64,000 nt of DNA from an uncultured Acidimicrobiia bacterium. GTDB lineage: Bacteria; Actinomycetota; Acidimicrobiia; Spongiisociales; JAOTWH01. How positions within the stretch are numbered: position 1 is the first letter of the stretch; the number at the start of each line of letters is the position of its first letter. The position numbers and the translations under genes are program-made. The stretch covers positions 731 to 64,730 of the forward strand of contig CAYFYE010000004.1 in assembly GCA_964347285.1 (NCBI GenBank), read 5' to 3'. Below the pieces are notes generated by a model. The model saw only the letters and a list, made by a program, of their open reading frames with translations, searched no databases and had not been told where the DNA came from. Positions 18,156-28,408 of this stretch are shown here, piece after piece.

Positions 18156-18929
18156 TCAGGACGCCGCCGCCAGCGCCTCCCTCATTGCGTCTTCGGGAGG
18201 GGTCCGTCCGGTCCAGGCCCGGAAGGACTCCGCCGCCTGGGCGATCAGCATTTCCAATCCGGTCACCAGCGGGATCCCTCGGGCCCTCGCCTCGATCACC
18301 GCCGGCGTGGGCGTGCTGCCGTACGCCATGTCGAACAGTCCTTCGGCGTCGGCCAGTGACAGCGGGAGCCGCTCCCCTCTCATACCCAACGGCGTGGCGT
18401 TGACCAGTACGGACCCGCGAGCCTCTTCACCCCAGGGAACGACTAGCGCGGTGATGCCCAGTCTGTCCACGAGCTCGGTCGCCGCTTCGCGCCGGCGCGC
18501 CTGAACGGACGGCCTCCGTCCCTCTAGTGCCAAGAGAGCGGCGGCCGCTGCACCTCCCGCCCCCAGGATCGTGACCGGCGCCGCGTCGGGCAGCCCGGCT
18601 TGTTCCCAGGCCTGCACGACGCCACCGACATCGGTCAGCAAACCCTCGACTCCGGATGGACCACCCACGAGCGTGTTGACCGCTCCGGCTCGGGCGGCGT
18701 ATGGGTGCAGGTGATCGGCCAGTCCGGCGGCCCGCCGCTTGTGCGGCATCGTCACATTGGCTCCGTCGAGGATTCCCCGCCGGATCTCCTCGACTGCTTC
18801 GACAAGACGCGCGTCGTCGACCTTCCTGGCTTCGTACCGGCCCGCTATCCCCAGGGCGCGCAGGGCGGCGTTGTGGATGGCCGGCGACAGGGAATGAGCA
18901 ACGGGATCCCCGAGCAGTACCAGCCTCAC
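18156..18929 (-). CDS. aroE: Shikimate dehydrogenase
   Basis: GDPVAHSLSP, NVTMPHK, GAVNT, GAGGAA, NATPLGM, GLEMLIAQA. Confidence 0.95.
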   Translation of the reverse strand: MRLVLLGDPVAHSLSPAIHNAALRALGIAGRYEARKVDDARLVEAVEEIRRGILDGANVTMPHKRRAAGLADHLHPYAARAGAVNTLVGGPSGVEGLLTDVGGVVQAWEQAGLPDAAPVTILGAGGAAAAALLALEGRRPSVQARRREAATELVDRLGITALVVPWGEEARGSVLVNATPLGMRGERLPLSLADAEGLFDMAYGSTPTPAVIEARARGIPLVTGLEMLIAQAAESFRAWTGRTPPEDAMREALAAAS

Positions 18930-20020
18930 GGGATGATGCCGTCTCGGCGGGCCTGCTCTTTGAACTCGAGAAACTCCGCCTCGGTTTCGGCAAAGCTGTG
19001 TTCGCCGTTTCGGGAGGTCAGCACGTAAAAGAGGAAGTCGGTGTCGGCGGGATCGGCCGCTGCCTCCAGAGATGCAATCCCCACACCGGCTATTGGTGTG
19101 GGAGGGAGGCCGGCCTCCCGATAGGTGTTGTACGGCGAGTCGACCTCCAGATCCTCGAGGGACAACGCCGGCTTGCGCTCTTCGAGGGCATACTGCACGG
19201 TGGCGTCGATCTGGAGGAGCATGTCTGCGGCCAGCCGGTTGTAGATCACGCTGGCTACCACGGCCCGCTCCTCGGGTATCCGGACTTCTTCCTCGACGAG
19301 AGAGGCGACGACGATGGCCTCATACTGGTCGACCCCGAGCTCTTCGAGACGGGACCAATCCACCTCGGCCAGCCGCTGCACCATCGTATCGGCCAGCCGC
19401 TGCAGAATGGCTTGTGGGGAATCGTCGGCTCCGAGGGAATAGGTGTCGGGGAAAAGCATTCCTTCCCAGCCGGCCACCTCATTGGGTGCTTCCCCGAGCA
19501 GTGCCGACGTCACCGAGCCGTCCAAGAGCGGGGCCCGCAGCTCCTCCACCGAGTAACCGGTCGCCCGAGCCAGCGCGGCAAGTGTCTCTTCCAAGGTGAG
19601 GCCCTCGACAACGGTGACCGTGATCTCGCTGATGCTTCCCGCCACGATGGCATCGATGGCGGCGTCCAGCTCCATCCCGGTCTCCAATTCGAACGTGCCC
19701 GCTTTGAGCTCCGCCGCCAGCTGGCGCTGCTCGACCCTGGTCGCAAAGTCGTCGCCGGCCGCCACCACTCCCTGTTCCTCCAGCAAGTCACCGATGTCCT
19801 GGGCACTGCTACCGGGGTCGACACGAACCGTCACCACGATCCCGGCAGCTATCTCGGCGCCCGAATCGTCGAAAGACTGCCTCAGGTTGGTCCCCAGCAC
19901 CCGGGCGGCAACCAGTAGCGCAGCCAGCAGAGCGATGATGAGCACGGCGCCGGTCAGTGGGCCGATCCACGGCCTCTGTGCGGGGCCCGGCTCCCGGTAT
20001 GGGTAGCGCTCCCGACTCAT
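18926..20020 (-). CDS. mltG: Endolytic peptidoglycan transglycosylase MltG
   Basis: N-terminal TM, EGMLFPDTY, ASLVEEE, VIYNRL..MLLQIDAT, SPYNTY..GLPPTPI. Confidence 0.95.
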   Translation of the reverse strand: MSRERYPYREPGPAQRPWIGPLTGAVLIIALLAALLVAARVLGTNLRQSFDDSGAEIAAGIVVTVRVDPGSSAQDIGDLLEEQGVVAAGDDFATRVEQRQLAAELKAGTFELETGMELDAAIDAIVAGSISEITVTVVEGLTLEETLAALARATGYSVEELRAPLLDGSVTSALLGEAPNEVAGWEGMLFPDTYSLGADDSPQAILQRLADTMVQRLAEVDWSRLEELGVDQYEAIVVASLVEEEVRIPEERAVVASVIYNRLAADMLLQIDATVQYALEERKPALSLEDLEVDSPYNTYREAGLPPTPIAGVGIASLEAAADPADTDFLFYVLTSRNGEHSFAETEAEFLEFKEQARRDGIIP

Positions 20021-20433
20021 TGACGACTCCGCAAATAGGCCTGCAGCATCACCGAGGCGGCCAGCTTGTCTCGGACCTCGCGCCGGTCCTCGCGGCGGAC
20101 CCCGGCCTCCAGAAGCACCCGTTCTGCCTCCACCGTGGTGAACTGCTCTGAACTGAAAACGACCGGCAGCCCAGTGATTTCGCCAATCAGCGTTCCGAAT
20201 CGGCGTGCTGCTTCGACGGCCGGGCCCTCCTGCCCACTCAGTTCGATCGGCAAGCCCACGACGACCCGTTCGACTTCGTAGTGATCCAGTATCGCCCTGA
20301 TGGCCTGCTCCAAGTCTCGGTCATCTAGGTCGATGACTTCCAACGGCAGAGCGGTGAGGCAGAGGGGATCGGAAATCGCCACCCCGACCCGGCGCTCGCC
20401 GTAGTCCAGACCGAGAATGCGCCCGGGGGCTAT
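20017..20433 (-). CDS. ruvX: YqgF/RuvX-family pre-16S rRNA nuclease
   Basis: RILGLDYGERRVGVAISDP, VVGLP, EQFTT, DKLAASVMLQAYL; between alaS and mltG; likely ATA start at 20433. Confidence 0.9.
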   Translation of the reverse strand: MAPGRILGLDYGERRVGVAISDPLCLTALPLEVIDLDDRDLEQAIRAILDHYEVERVVVGLPIELSGQEGPAVEAARRFGTLIGEITGLPVVFSSEQFTTVEAERVLLEAGVRREDRREVRDKLAASVMLQAYLRSRQ

Positions 20434-23054
20434 CGGGCCTCCAGAGCGGCCCGGGCCGACGAGCGGGCAGCCGCCAGGGCCTCTTCGACCTCGTCTCCCT
20501 TGGGGCCTCCCGCCTGTGCGAGTTCGGGATCCCTGCTGCCACCGCCGCCCAGGATACGGGCTCCATCCGCAACGATCTCGCCGGCCGAGACTCCTCCCTC
20601 CACGAGCGCCGTCGACACCGTCGCCACCAGGTTGCCCTTGCCGTCCCGCCGCGAGCCGAGGATCACGATCCCGACCCCGAGGCGATCCCGCACTTGCATC
20701 GTGAGCGCCCGCAGGTCATCCGGCGTCAGTCCCGGGACGGCGGCCACCACCAGACGGGCATCGCCGTAGACCTCGGCGGCCTCCGTCAGTTCCGCAGCTT
20801 GCCCGGCCCGGGCTCGATCCTCGAAAGCGGCCAGTCGAGCCTCCTGTTCGCGGGAGCGATCGGCCAGCGCTTGCACGGCGTCGAGGAGGCCCTCCGGCCG
20901 GGTGCGCAGCACGTCGGCGGCCGACTCGAGCTGGTGGCGCAGCTCGACCACTCGCTCATAGGCGGCCGAGCCCGTCAACGCGTCGACTCGCCGGAGATTG
21001 GATCCGATCGACCCCTCAGCGGTGAGCAGCACAGGCCCGGTCTGGCCGGCGCTTCGGACGTGGGTGCCGCCGCACAGCTCCCGCGAGTAGGAGCCGATCT
21101 CCACGACGCGAACCCGGTCGCCGTATTTGTCACCGAAGAAGGCCAGGGCCCCCAGTTGCTCGGCCTCGTCTTTCGACGTTTCGAAGGCGTGTACGTGGGC
21201 GTTTTCGATGACCCGTTCGTTGGCCCGACGCTCCACCTCGACGACCTCCTCGGGAGCGAGAGCGGCGTGGTGGCTGAAGTCGAACCGGACGCGTCCCGCT
21301 TCGACGAGGGACCCGGCCTGCTGGACGTGAGATCCGAGGACGTCCCGCAGGGCCCAGTGCAGAAGGTGAGTTCCCGTGTGGCTCTTGGCGACGAGTTCAC
21401 GACGAGCCGAATCGAGCACGGTCCGTGCCTCCTGACCGACCTGCACGGATCCAGAAACGACCCGGGCCCGATGGCCGTGCACGCCGGTGAGGGCAAACTG
21501 GGTATCGGTCACCTCGAGGGCCCCGGTTTCGGTCAGCATTCGGCCGGTGTCGCCGACCTGGCCTCCCGACTCCGCGTAGAAGGGGGTCCGGTCCAAGAAG
21601 ACTTCAATCTCCTGGCCCTCGTCGGCCCGATCCACCGACTCCCCTTCCCGTAGCAAGCTGAGGATCCGACCCGAGCCCTCGACCGCGTCGTAACCGATGA
21701 ACTCGGTGGGTCCGACGTGCTCGAGCACCGAGCGGTAGGCGTCGGCCAGGTCTGCAGCTTCGGAGCCTCGCCAGGCGGCCCGGGCCCTGGCCCGCTGCTC
21801 TTCCATCAGCTCTTCGAAGCCCTCCCGGTCCAGTTCGATGCCCCGTTCCGCAGCAATCTCCTCGGTCAGCTCGACCGGGAATCCGAAGGTATCGTGCAGC
21901 CGAAAGGCCAGTGATCCCGAGAGGCGGCTCCCTTCGCCGAGTTGGGCCAGGTCTGCCTCCAGCAGCTCGACCCCGGTCGCCAGGGTACGACGGAATCCGA
22001 ACTCCTCTCGCTCCGCCACGTCGACGATGAAATCCCGCTTCTCGTCGAGAGCGGGATAGGCGTTGCGCATCACGTCGACGGTTGCGTCGACGAGCAGCGG
22101 GGTAACCGCCTCCTCGGCTCCCAGGCTCCATGCGTGGCGTACCGCCCGACGCAGGATCCGGCGCAGCACATAGCCCCGGCCCTCGTTGGAGGGAACTACT
22201 CCGTCGCCGATGAGGAAGGCGACGGCGCGACCGTGGTCGGCCAGGATGCGCAGGGACACGTCGGCCGCATCGCTGTCTCCCAGGCGCACTCCGGTAGCCT
22301 GCTCCCCGGCCGCCATGATGGGACGGACCACGTCGGTCTCGAACGACGAGGGGACGCCTTGGACCACCATGGCAATGCGCTCCAGGCCTGCTCCGGTATC
22401 GATGTTCTTCGCCGGGAGATCGCCGACGACGTGGTAGGGCTCGTCCTGGATGTTTTGCATGAACACCAGATTCCAGATCTCGACGTAGCGGGCCTCGCTG
22501 CCGACCATCGGACCGCCTCCCTCACCGCGATCGGGGCCCAAGTCGACGAAGATCTCCGAGGAAGGACCGCACGGACCGGCCACGCCCATCTGCCAGAAGT
22601 TGTCCTTCCCCCCACGCTGCACCCGCTCCGGCGGGACTCCCACCGCGTCGATCCAGATTTGTTCGGCTTCATCGTCGCTGTCGTGGACGGTGAACCACAG
22701 GCGGTCGGGATCCAAGCCGAGCTTTTCGGTGACGAACTCATAGGCGAATGGAATGGCCTTTTCCTTGAAGTAATCACCGAAGCTGAAGTTGCCCAGCATC
22801 TCGAAGAAGGTGAAGTGATACGTTGTCGTTCCCACCACGTCGAGATCCTCCGTGCGGAAGCACTTCTGTACGGTGGCGGCGCGCCGATACGGGGGCTCTT
22901 CGTCGCCCAACATGTACGGCTTGAACTGCACCATCCCGGCATTGGTGAGCAGGAGCGTGGGGTCGGTCGGGATCAGCGACGAACTGGGAACGACCGTGTG
23001 CTCCCGGGCCCCGAAGAAGTCCAGGAACTCGCGACGGATCGAGTTGGAGTCCAT
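20430..23054 (-). CDS. alaS: Alanine--tRNA ligase
   Basis: LLLTNAGMVQFKP, TFFEMLGNFSFGDYFK, GPCGPSSE, IDTGAGLER, HTGTHLLH, ELCGGTHV. Confidence 0.99.
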   Translation of the reverse strand: MDSNSIRREFLDFFGAREHTVVPSSSLIPTDPTLLLTNAGMVQFKPYMLGDEEPPYRRAATVQKCFRTEDLDVVGTTTYHFTFFEMLGNFSFGDYFKEKAIPFAYEFVTEKLGLDPDRLWFTVHDSDDEAEQIWIDAVGVPPERVQRGGKDNFWQMGVAGPCGPSSEIFVDLGPDRGEGGGPMVGSEARYVEIWNLVFMQNIQDEPYHVVGDLPAKNIDTGAGLERIAMVVQGVPSSFETDVVRPIMAAGEQATGVRLGDSDAADVSLRILADHGRAVAFLIGDGVVPSNEGRGYVLRRILRRAVRHAWSLGAEEAVTPLLVDATVDVMRNAYPALDEKRDFIVDVAEREEFGFRRTLATGVELLEADLAQLGEGSRLSGSLAFRLHDTFGFPVELTEEIAAERGIELDREGFEELMEEQRARARAAWRGSEAADLADAYRSVLEHVGPTEFIGYDAVEGSGRILSLLREGESVDRADEGQEIEVFLDRTPFYAESGGQVGDTGRMLTETGALEVTDTQFALTGVHGHRARVVSGSVQVGQEARTVLDSARRELVAKSHTGTHLLHWALRDVLGSHVQQAGSLVEAGRVRFDFSHHAALAPEEVVEVERRANERVIENAHVHAFETSKDEAEQLGALAFFGDKYGDRVRVVEIGSYSRELCGGTHVRSAGQTGPVLLTAEGSIGSNLRRVDALTGSAAYERVVELRHQLESAADVLRTRPEGLLDAVQALADRSREQEARLAAFEDRARAGQAAELTEAAEVYGDARLVVAAVPGLTPDDLRALTMQVRDRLGVGIVILGSRRDGKGNLVATVSTALVEGGVSAGEIVADGARILGGGGSRDPELAQAGGPKGDEVEEALAAARSSARAALEAR

Positions 23055-23067
23055 GGTCGCAGGCAGG

Positions 23068-23271
23068 TTAGTGCCCGGTCCCCTCCCCGCTCTGGGGAGC
23101 GACCACCCGTCCCGTCCATGCCAGGACGTCGGCGGCGGCCGCTACCGCGGCCCGACGGAGATTCGAGGGTGTCAGGCGTTCTCGCATTCTCACCAGCTTG
23201 GTGACGAGGTACGCCCCACCTCCGACTGCGGTGATCAATCCGGCTAGGAACCAGCGAATTCGCAGCAGCAT
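23068..23271 (-). CDS. Small single-TM protein upstream of alaS (resembles DUF6167-type proteins)
   Basis: MLLRIRWFLAGLITAVGGGAYLVTKLVRMRERLTP; ATG 23271 preceded by TACTCT -10 at 7 nt. Confidence 0.7.
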   Translation of the reverse strand: MLLRIRWFLAGLITAVGGGAYLVTKLVRMRERLTPSNLRRAAVAAAADVLAWTGRVVAPQSGEGTGH

Positions 23272-23333
23272 CGGGCCAAGAGTACCGGGCGGACCCGACC
23301 GCGACTCGCCCAATCCGGGCGGGATGGACCTCG

Positions 23334-24701
23334 TCAGTCGGCAGCGGCTTCGTCCTCACCGGCGCGTGGCCGCAGCCGGGAACGGCCCATCACCCGGTCG
23401 ATCTGGTCCAGGCGCTCGGCGATGGCGCGCTCCCGTCCCCGGGCGACCGGCCGGTAGATCGTGAGTCCTTCTGCCTCTTCGGGCAGATAGCGCTGCTCGA
23501 CCAGAGCGTCCGGGTGATCGTGCGGGTAGCGATAGCCGACCCCGTGGCCGAGCGCCTTCTCCCCTGGGTAGGCGGCCGAGCGCAAATGGGCGGGCACCTC
23601 GGCCGCCGGGGTTTCGTGAACGGCCCTTTGGGCCGCGGCCATCGATGCTTTCACCGAGTTCGACTTCGGTGCCATGCTCAGGTATAGGGCGGCGTGGGTC
23701 AGGGCATGACCGGCCTCGGGCAGGCCGACATATTGGAGGGCCCGTGCCGCGTCCACCGCTATGCCCAGAGCGGTCGAGTCGGCCAGACCGATGTCCTCCG
23801 AGGCCAAGATGATCATCCGTCTGGCGATGAACTCGGGGTCTTCACCGGCCTCCAACATCGTATGCAGCCAATAGAGAGCCGCATCGGGGTCGGAGCCGCG
23901 TACGCTCTTGATGAACGCCGAGATGACGTCGTAATGCTGATCGCCCTTGCGGTCGTAGCGAATGATGCGGCGCTGCAGGGCCTCCTCGATCTCAGCCAGG
24001 TGGAGGATCTGGTTTTCGGCCAGCGTTGCCGCCACCTCGAGGGCGTTGAGGGCCAGCCGAGCATCTCCCCCTACCCGCTGAGCCAGGGCCCGTCGGGCCT
24101 CGTCCTTCATTTCCAGAACACCGTCCAGGCCCACCGGAGACACCAGGGCCCGGTCGATGAGCTCGCCCACTGCTTCCGGATCCAGTCCCTCCAAGCGGAA
24201 CAAGGTGCAGCGGCTCATGAGCGGAGAGTTGACTTCAAAGAAGGGGTTCTCGGTCGTGGCTCCGACGAGGATCACGATGCCCTCCTCCACCCCGGGAAGC
24301 AGGGCGTCCTGTTGTGCCTTCGTAAACCGGTGAATCTCATCGAGGAACAGCACGGTCCGGCGCCCCTCCTGCTCCAGGCGTTGGGTCGCCGATGCCAGCA
24401 CCTCCCGCACCTCCTTGACTCCGGCGGAAGTGGCGGAAAGGGCATCGAATTCGGCCCCCGAGTGAACGGCAACGAGACGGGCCAGGGTCGTCTTGCCGGA
24501 ACCGGGCGGACCCCAAAGGATCATCGATACCGGCGATCCAGACGAAACCATGGCCCGGAAGGCGCAACCAGGGCCCAGGAGGTGAGGCTGGCCTACGACC
24601 TCATCGAGCGTCCTCGGACGCATCCGCGCTGCCAGCGGAGCGGCTCGCCTGCGGCGCTCGGCCCGCTCACCGGCCCACAGGTCATCCATCGTTCCACTCA
24701 T
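23334..24701 (-). CDS. rarA: Replication-associated recombination protein A
   Basis: PLAARMRP, WGPPGSGKTT, DEIHRF, GATTENP, YDVISAFIKSVRGSDPDAA, SEDIG. Confidence 0.97.
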   Translation of the reverse strand: MSGTMDDLWAGERAERRRRAAPLAARMRPRTLDEVVGQPHLLGPGCAFRAMVSSGSPVSMILWGPPGSGKTTLARLVAVHSGAEFDALSATSAGVKEVREVLASATQRLEQEGRRTVLFLDEIHRFTKAQQDALLPGVEEGIVILVGATTENPFFEVNSPLMSRCTLFRLEGLDPEAVGELIDRALVSPVGLDGVLEMKDEARRALAQRVGGDARLALNALEVAATLAENQILHLAEIEEALQRRIIRYDRKGDQHYDVISAFIKSVRGSDPDAALYWLHTMLEAGEDPEFIARRMIILASEDIGLADSTALGIAVDAARALQYVGLPEAGHALTHAALYLSMAPKSNSVKASMAAAQRAVHETPAAEVPAHLRSAAYPGEKALGHGVGYRYPHDHPDALVEQRYLPEEAEGLTIYRPVARGRERAIAERLDQIDRVMGRSRLRPRAGEDEAAAD

Positions 24702-26481
24702 TGGAGCCTTCCTCCAGCTCCTTTCGCACCTCGGGCCGCAGGTCGATTCCTAGGTCGTAAAGCTGGAAATCGTCGACGGTAGTCGGCGATCCGGTCATCG
24801 GATCGAGGCCGCTCTGCGTCTTCGGGAACGGGATCACGTCCCGGATGCTCGAAGCCCCGACCAGGATGGCGATCAACCGGTCGAGGCCGACCGCGAAGCC
24901 GGCGTGCGGGGGTGTTCCGTAGCGGAGCGCCTCCATGAACCAGCCGAAGCGGCGCCCGGCCTGGTCGGACGAGATGCCGAGGATCTCGAAGACTTTTGCC
25001 TGGGTGTCCGGGTCGTGAATCCGGACGCTGCCCGACCCCAGCTCGGTGCCGTTGAGGACCAGGTCGTAGGCCCGGGCAGCCGCTTGGGCCGGAGCGGCGG
25101 CCATCTCCTCGACGTCCACCGGAGCGGTGAACGGGTGGTGAGCGGGCACCAGATCGCCGGCGGCGTCCACCTCGAAAACCGGGAAATCGATCACCCACAG
25201 GAACGAGAGCTCGTCGTGGCCCTCCGGCCGACCGAAGTCGAGCCGGAGTTGTCCCAGTGTCCCGCCCGCCGATCGGGCCTCATCGGCCACCAGCAACAGG
25301 AGGTCGCCACTTCCGGCGTCGAGGGCAGCAAGGATTGCCTCCTGCTCCGGCGGGCTCAGATACTTGGCGACCGGGGATCGCAGCGAGCGCTGGTCCTCGA
25401 CGACCATCCACACCAGTCCGGCCGCTCCCAGTTCCTGCGCTCTGGCGACCAGTCCGTCGAGGGCACTGCGAGCCAAGTCCTGGCGTCCGACGTTGATGGC
25501 CCGGACCACTCCGCCCGCCTCCAGGACGGCGGCGAACGCCTCGAACGAGGTGTCGGCCAAGACGGCCGATAGGTCGGCGATCTCCATCCCGAAGCGCACG
25601 TCGGGTTTGTCGGTGCCGTAACGGGCCATTGCATCGGCGTATGAAAGGCGTGGGAAAGGTGGCGACGGACTCGTTCCCCGCACTGCGGCTACGGCCGCCA
25701 CCACCGCCAGTTCTACCGCCTCCAGGACATCGTCGCGTCCCCAGAACGAGCCTTCCACGTCGAGCTGGGTGAACTCCACCTGGCGGTCGGCCCGAAAGTC
25801 CTCGTCGCGGTAGCAGCGGGCGATCTGGTAATAGCGCTCCACGCCGCCGATCATGAGGAGCTGCTTGAAGAGCTGAGGGGATTGAGGAAGGGCATAGAAG
25901 TTGCCTTTGCGCAACCTCGAGGGGACCAGCAGATCGCGGGCCCCCTCCGGCGTGGAACGCACCAATGTGGGCGTTTCTACCTCGAGGAAGCCTTCGGCGT
26001 CCAAGGCATGACGGATGGCGCTGATGGCCGCGGAGCGGGCCCGTAGGTTGGATGCCATCTTGGGCCGCCGCAGATCGAGATAGCGGTATTTGAGCCGTCG
26101 CAGCTCATCGGCGTCGACCCGATCGCCGATCTGTAGAGGCAGCGGCTCGGAAGGGCTGAGCACTCGCAGTTTGGTCAGGGCTACTTCCACATCTCCAGTC
26201 GGCATGTCGGGATTAGCGGTGCCCTCCGGCCTGGCCCGAACCGTGCCCGCCGCCGCCACGCAGTACTCCACTCTCATTCCTCGGGCCGCCTCGCCAACTG
26301 CCGGATCGGCCTCGGGGTCGACGACTGCCTGGACGATGCCGGAGGCGTCTCGTACATCGAGGAACACCACGCCGCCGTGGTCCCGTCGGTTGGCCACCCA
26401 GCCTGCCAGGCGCACCTCCGCTCCGGCGTCGTCGAGTCGGAGCGTGCCGGCGCCCCGATCCCTCAGCGGCTCTTCAGCCAC
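24682..26481 (-). CDS. aspS: Aspartate--tRNA ligase, likely non-discriminating (Asp/Asn)
   Basis: RRDHGG (His typical of ND-AspRS), YRYLDLRR, LPQSPQLFKQ, EFTQLD, HHPFT, GLDR. Confidence 0.98.
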   Translation of the reverse strand: MAEEPLRDRGAGTLRLDDAGAEVRLAGWVANRRDHGGVVFLDVRDASGIVQAVVDPEADPAVGEAARGMRVEYCVAAAGTVRARPEGTANPDMPTGDVEVALTKLRVLSPSEPLPLQIGDRVDADELRRLKYRYLDLRRPKMASNLRARSAAISAIRHALDAEGFLEVETPTLVRSTPEGARDLLVPSRLRKGNFYALPQSPQLFKQLLMIGGVERYYQIARCYRDEDFRADRQVEFTQLDVEGSFWGRDDVLEAVELAVVAAVAAVRGTSPSPPFPRLSYADAMARYGTDKPDVRFGMEIADLSAVLADTSFEAFAAVLEAGGVVRAINVGRQDLARSALDGLVARAQELGAAGLVWMVVEDQRSLRSPVAKYLSPPEQEAILAALDAGSGDLLLLVADEARSAGGTLGQLRLDFGRPEGHDELSFLWVIDFPVFEVDAAGDLVPAHHPFTAPVDVEEMAAAPAQAAARAYDLVLNGTELGSGSVRIHDPDTQAKVFEILGISSDQAGRRFGWFMEALRYGTPPHAGFAVGLDRLIAILVGASSIRDVIPFPKTQSGLDPMTGSPTTVDDFQLYDLGIDLRPEVRKELEEGSNEWNDG

Positions 26482-27692
26482 TCCCCCACCTCCTCGATGG
26501 CGATCTCGCTCTCGGACCCGTCCGCCATCGAGCGCATGGTCACCCTTCCCCGCTCCATCTCCTCACCGACGACGGCGACCGCCGCTGCACCGCGGCGGTG
26601 GGCCGCCTTGAATTGGGCCCGGACCGTTGCTTCTCGGGCCAGCCGATCGGTGCGGAGCCCATCGGAGCGAAGTCGAGCGGTCAACTCTTCGGCCTGTCCA
26701 CGTCGGGCCGGGTCGGCCAAGACGACGAAGACGTCGAGTGCCGGAATCTCCTCGGTCCCCTCCAGGGCCAAGACGATCCGGTCCATCCCCAATGAAAACC
26801 CGACGGCAGGGGTGGGGACCCCGCCCAGCGCCTCGGCCAGGCCGTCGTAGCGTCCGCCGCCGCCGAGCTCGGCCTGAGCCGCCTCGTACGACGGCGACGT
26901 GTACTCGAACACGGTCCGGGTGTAGTAGTCCAAGCCCCGGACCAGCCTGGGCTCTTCGCGGTACTTGATCCCGGCTTCGTCCAGACCTTGCTTGACCGCC
27001 TGGTAGTGGTCGCCACTCGCCTTGTTCAGCCAATCGACGGGGACGGGAGCATCGGCGAGCTTGGGAGCATCCACTTTGCAGTCGAGGACCCGCAGGGGGT
27101 TGAGGTCCATGCGACTCCGGCAGTCGTCACACAACTCCTGACGCCGCTGCTCGAGGTATTCGAGGAGAATCCGGCGGTAGGCGGCCCGTGACTCGGGATC
27201 GCCTATCGAATTGATACCGACTTCGACGTCGGTGATGCCGATTTCGCGGTAGTAGCGGTGCCCGATCTCGATCACCTCGACGTCGGCGCCCGGAGCGTCC
27301 TCGCCGACGTATTCCACCCCCACCTGAAAGAACTGCCGGCGTCTTCCTGCTTGGGGCTGCTCGTAGCGGAACATAGGACCGGCGTAGGCGACTTTCATGA
27401 TCCCGGGCGACCCGGCCTGCAGGTAAGCCCGTACCACCGACGCAGTGGCCTCGGGGCGAAGCGTCATGGACCGGCCCGCCTTGTCCTCCCAGGTGAACAT
27501 TTGCTTTTGCACCACCTCGGTGGCCTCACCCACCGTCCGCTCGAACACCTCGGTTGCCTCGAAGATGGGGGTCATGATCAGTTCGTACCCATATCGCTCG
27601 GTGATGCCGTCCCACACCCGCAGCAGGCGTCGCCACCGGCGGGAAGCCGGGGGAAGGATGTCGTCGGTCCCTTTGGGGGCGCGGAACTTCAC
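26463..27692 (-). CDS. hisS: Histidine--tRNA ligase
   Basis: PKGTDD, LRPEATAS, FRYEQPQAGRRRQFFQ, VRGLDYYTRTVFE, GGGRYDGL; GTG 27692. Confidence 0.98.
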   Translation of the reverse strand: MKFRAPKGTDDILPPASRRWRRLLRVWDGITERYGYELIMTPIFEATEVFERTVGEATEVVQKQMFTWEDKAGRSMTLRPEATASVVRAYLQAGSPGIMKVAYAGPMFRYEQPQAGRRRQFFQVGVEYVGEDAPGADVEVIEIGHRYYREIGITDVEVGINSIGDPESRAAYRRILLEYLEQRRQELCDDCRSRMDLNPLRVLDCKVDAPKLADAPVPVDWLNKASGDHYQAVKQGLDEAGIKYREEPRLVRGLDYYTRTVFEYTSPSYEAAQAELGGGGRYDGLAEALGGVPTPAVGFSLGMDRIVLALEGTEEIPALDVFVVLADPARRGQAEELTARLRSDGLRTDRLAREATVRAQFKAAHRRGAAAVAVVGEEMERGRVTMRSMADGSESEIAIEEVGEWLKSR

Positions 27693-28345
27693 TGGATGGG
27701 CTCCTGGAGGAAGGGATTGGAGCGGCGTTCCCGGGCCAGCGTAGTCGCGGGCCCGTGGCCGGGCAGCACCTCGGTGTCGGCGGGCAGCGGGAGCACCCTG
27801 GCCGTCATCGAGGCCATCAAAGTAGGCAAGTCTCCGCCGGGCAGGTCCCACCGGCCCACGCTCCCGGCAAAGAGCAAGTCACCGGAGAACAGCAGGCCCT
27901 CCCGCTCGACGTAGAAGCAGCAGTGCCCCGGGGTATGGCCCGGGGTGTGGAGGACTTCCAAGGAGAGACCGGCGATGTCGAGGACCCGACCGTCGGACAA
28001 CCTTTCGTAGCGTTCCGGTTGAGCGAACTCCCCGGCCGGCAACGCCCCCAGAAACCAAGCCACCTGCATGGCGGGATCGGCTGCCAGCCACTCGTCGTCG
28101 GGGTGGATATACGCAGCCGCCGAGGTCCGCTCGACGACGTCGCCGGCCCCGCCCAGGTGGTCGACGTGCCCGTGAGTCAACAGGAGAGCGGCCCCTGCCA
28201 ACCGATGGCGCTCTAGCAGCGACGTGACTCCATCCACGTCGGGAGGGGCGTCGACGATGATCGCCGGGCCGCCCGCCTCGGCGGCCAAGACGTAGCAGTT
28301 GGTTTGGGCGGCCCAAAGGGGCCTGTTGTCGAGGACGAGGGACAT
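27689..28345 (-). CDS. MBL-fold metallo-hydrolase (glyoxalase II-like)
   Basis: LLTHGHVDHLGG, HTPGHTPGH, FSGDLLF, PGHG; usual neighbour of hisS. Confidence 0.93.
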   Translation of the reverse strand: MSLVLDNRPLWAAQTNCYVLAAEAGGPAIIVDAPPDVDGVTSLLERHRLAGAALLLTHGHVDHLGGAGDVVERTSAAAYIHPDDEWLAADPAMQVAWFLGALPAGEFAQPERYERLSDGRVLDIAGLSLEVLHTPGHTPGHCCFYVEREGLLFSGDLLFAGSVGRWDLPGGDLPTLMASMTARVLPLPADTEVLPGHGPATTLARERRSNPFLQEPIQ

Positions 28346-28408
28346 CGCCTTGGCAGCGTACTCAGGTGGAAAGGGACTGTGATCCCCGGCGAGAAGCCGG
28401 GAATCGTC

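Noticed and set aside
23055-23067. T-box leaders for alaS, aspS, hisS or thrS
   Set aside because: Upstream gaps are too short, and no AAGGTGG(T/C)ACC T-box sequence was seen.
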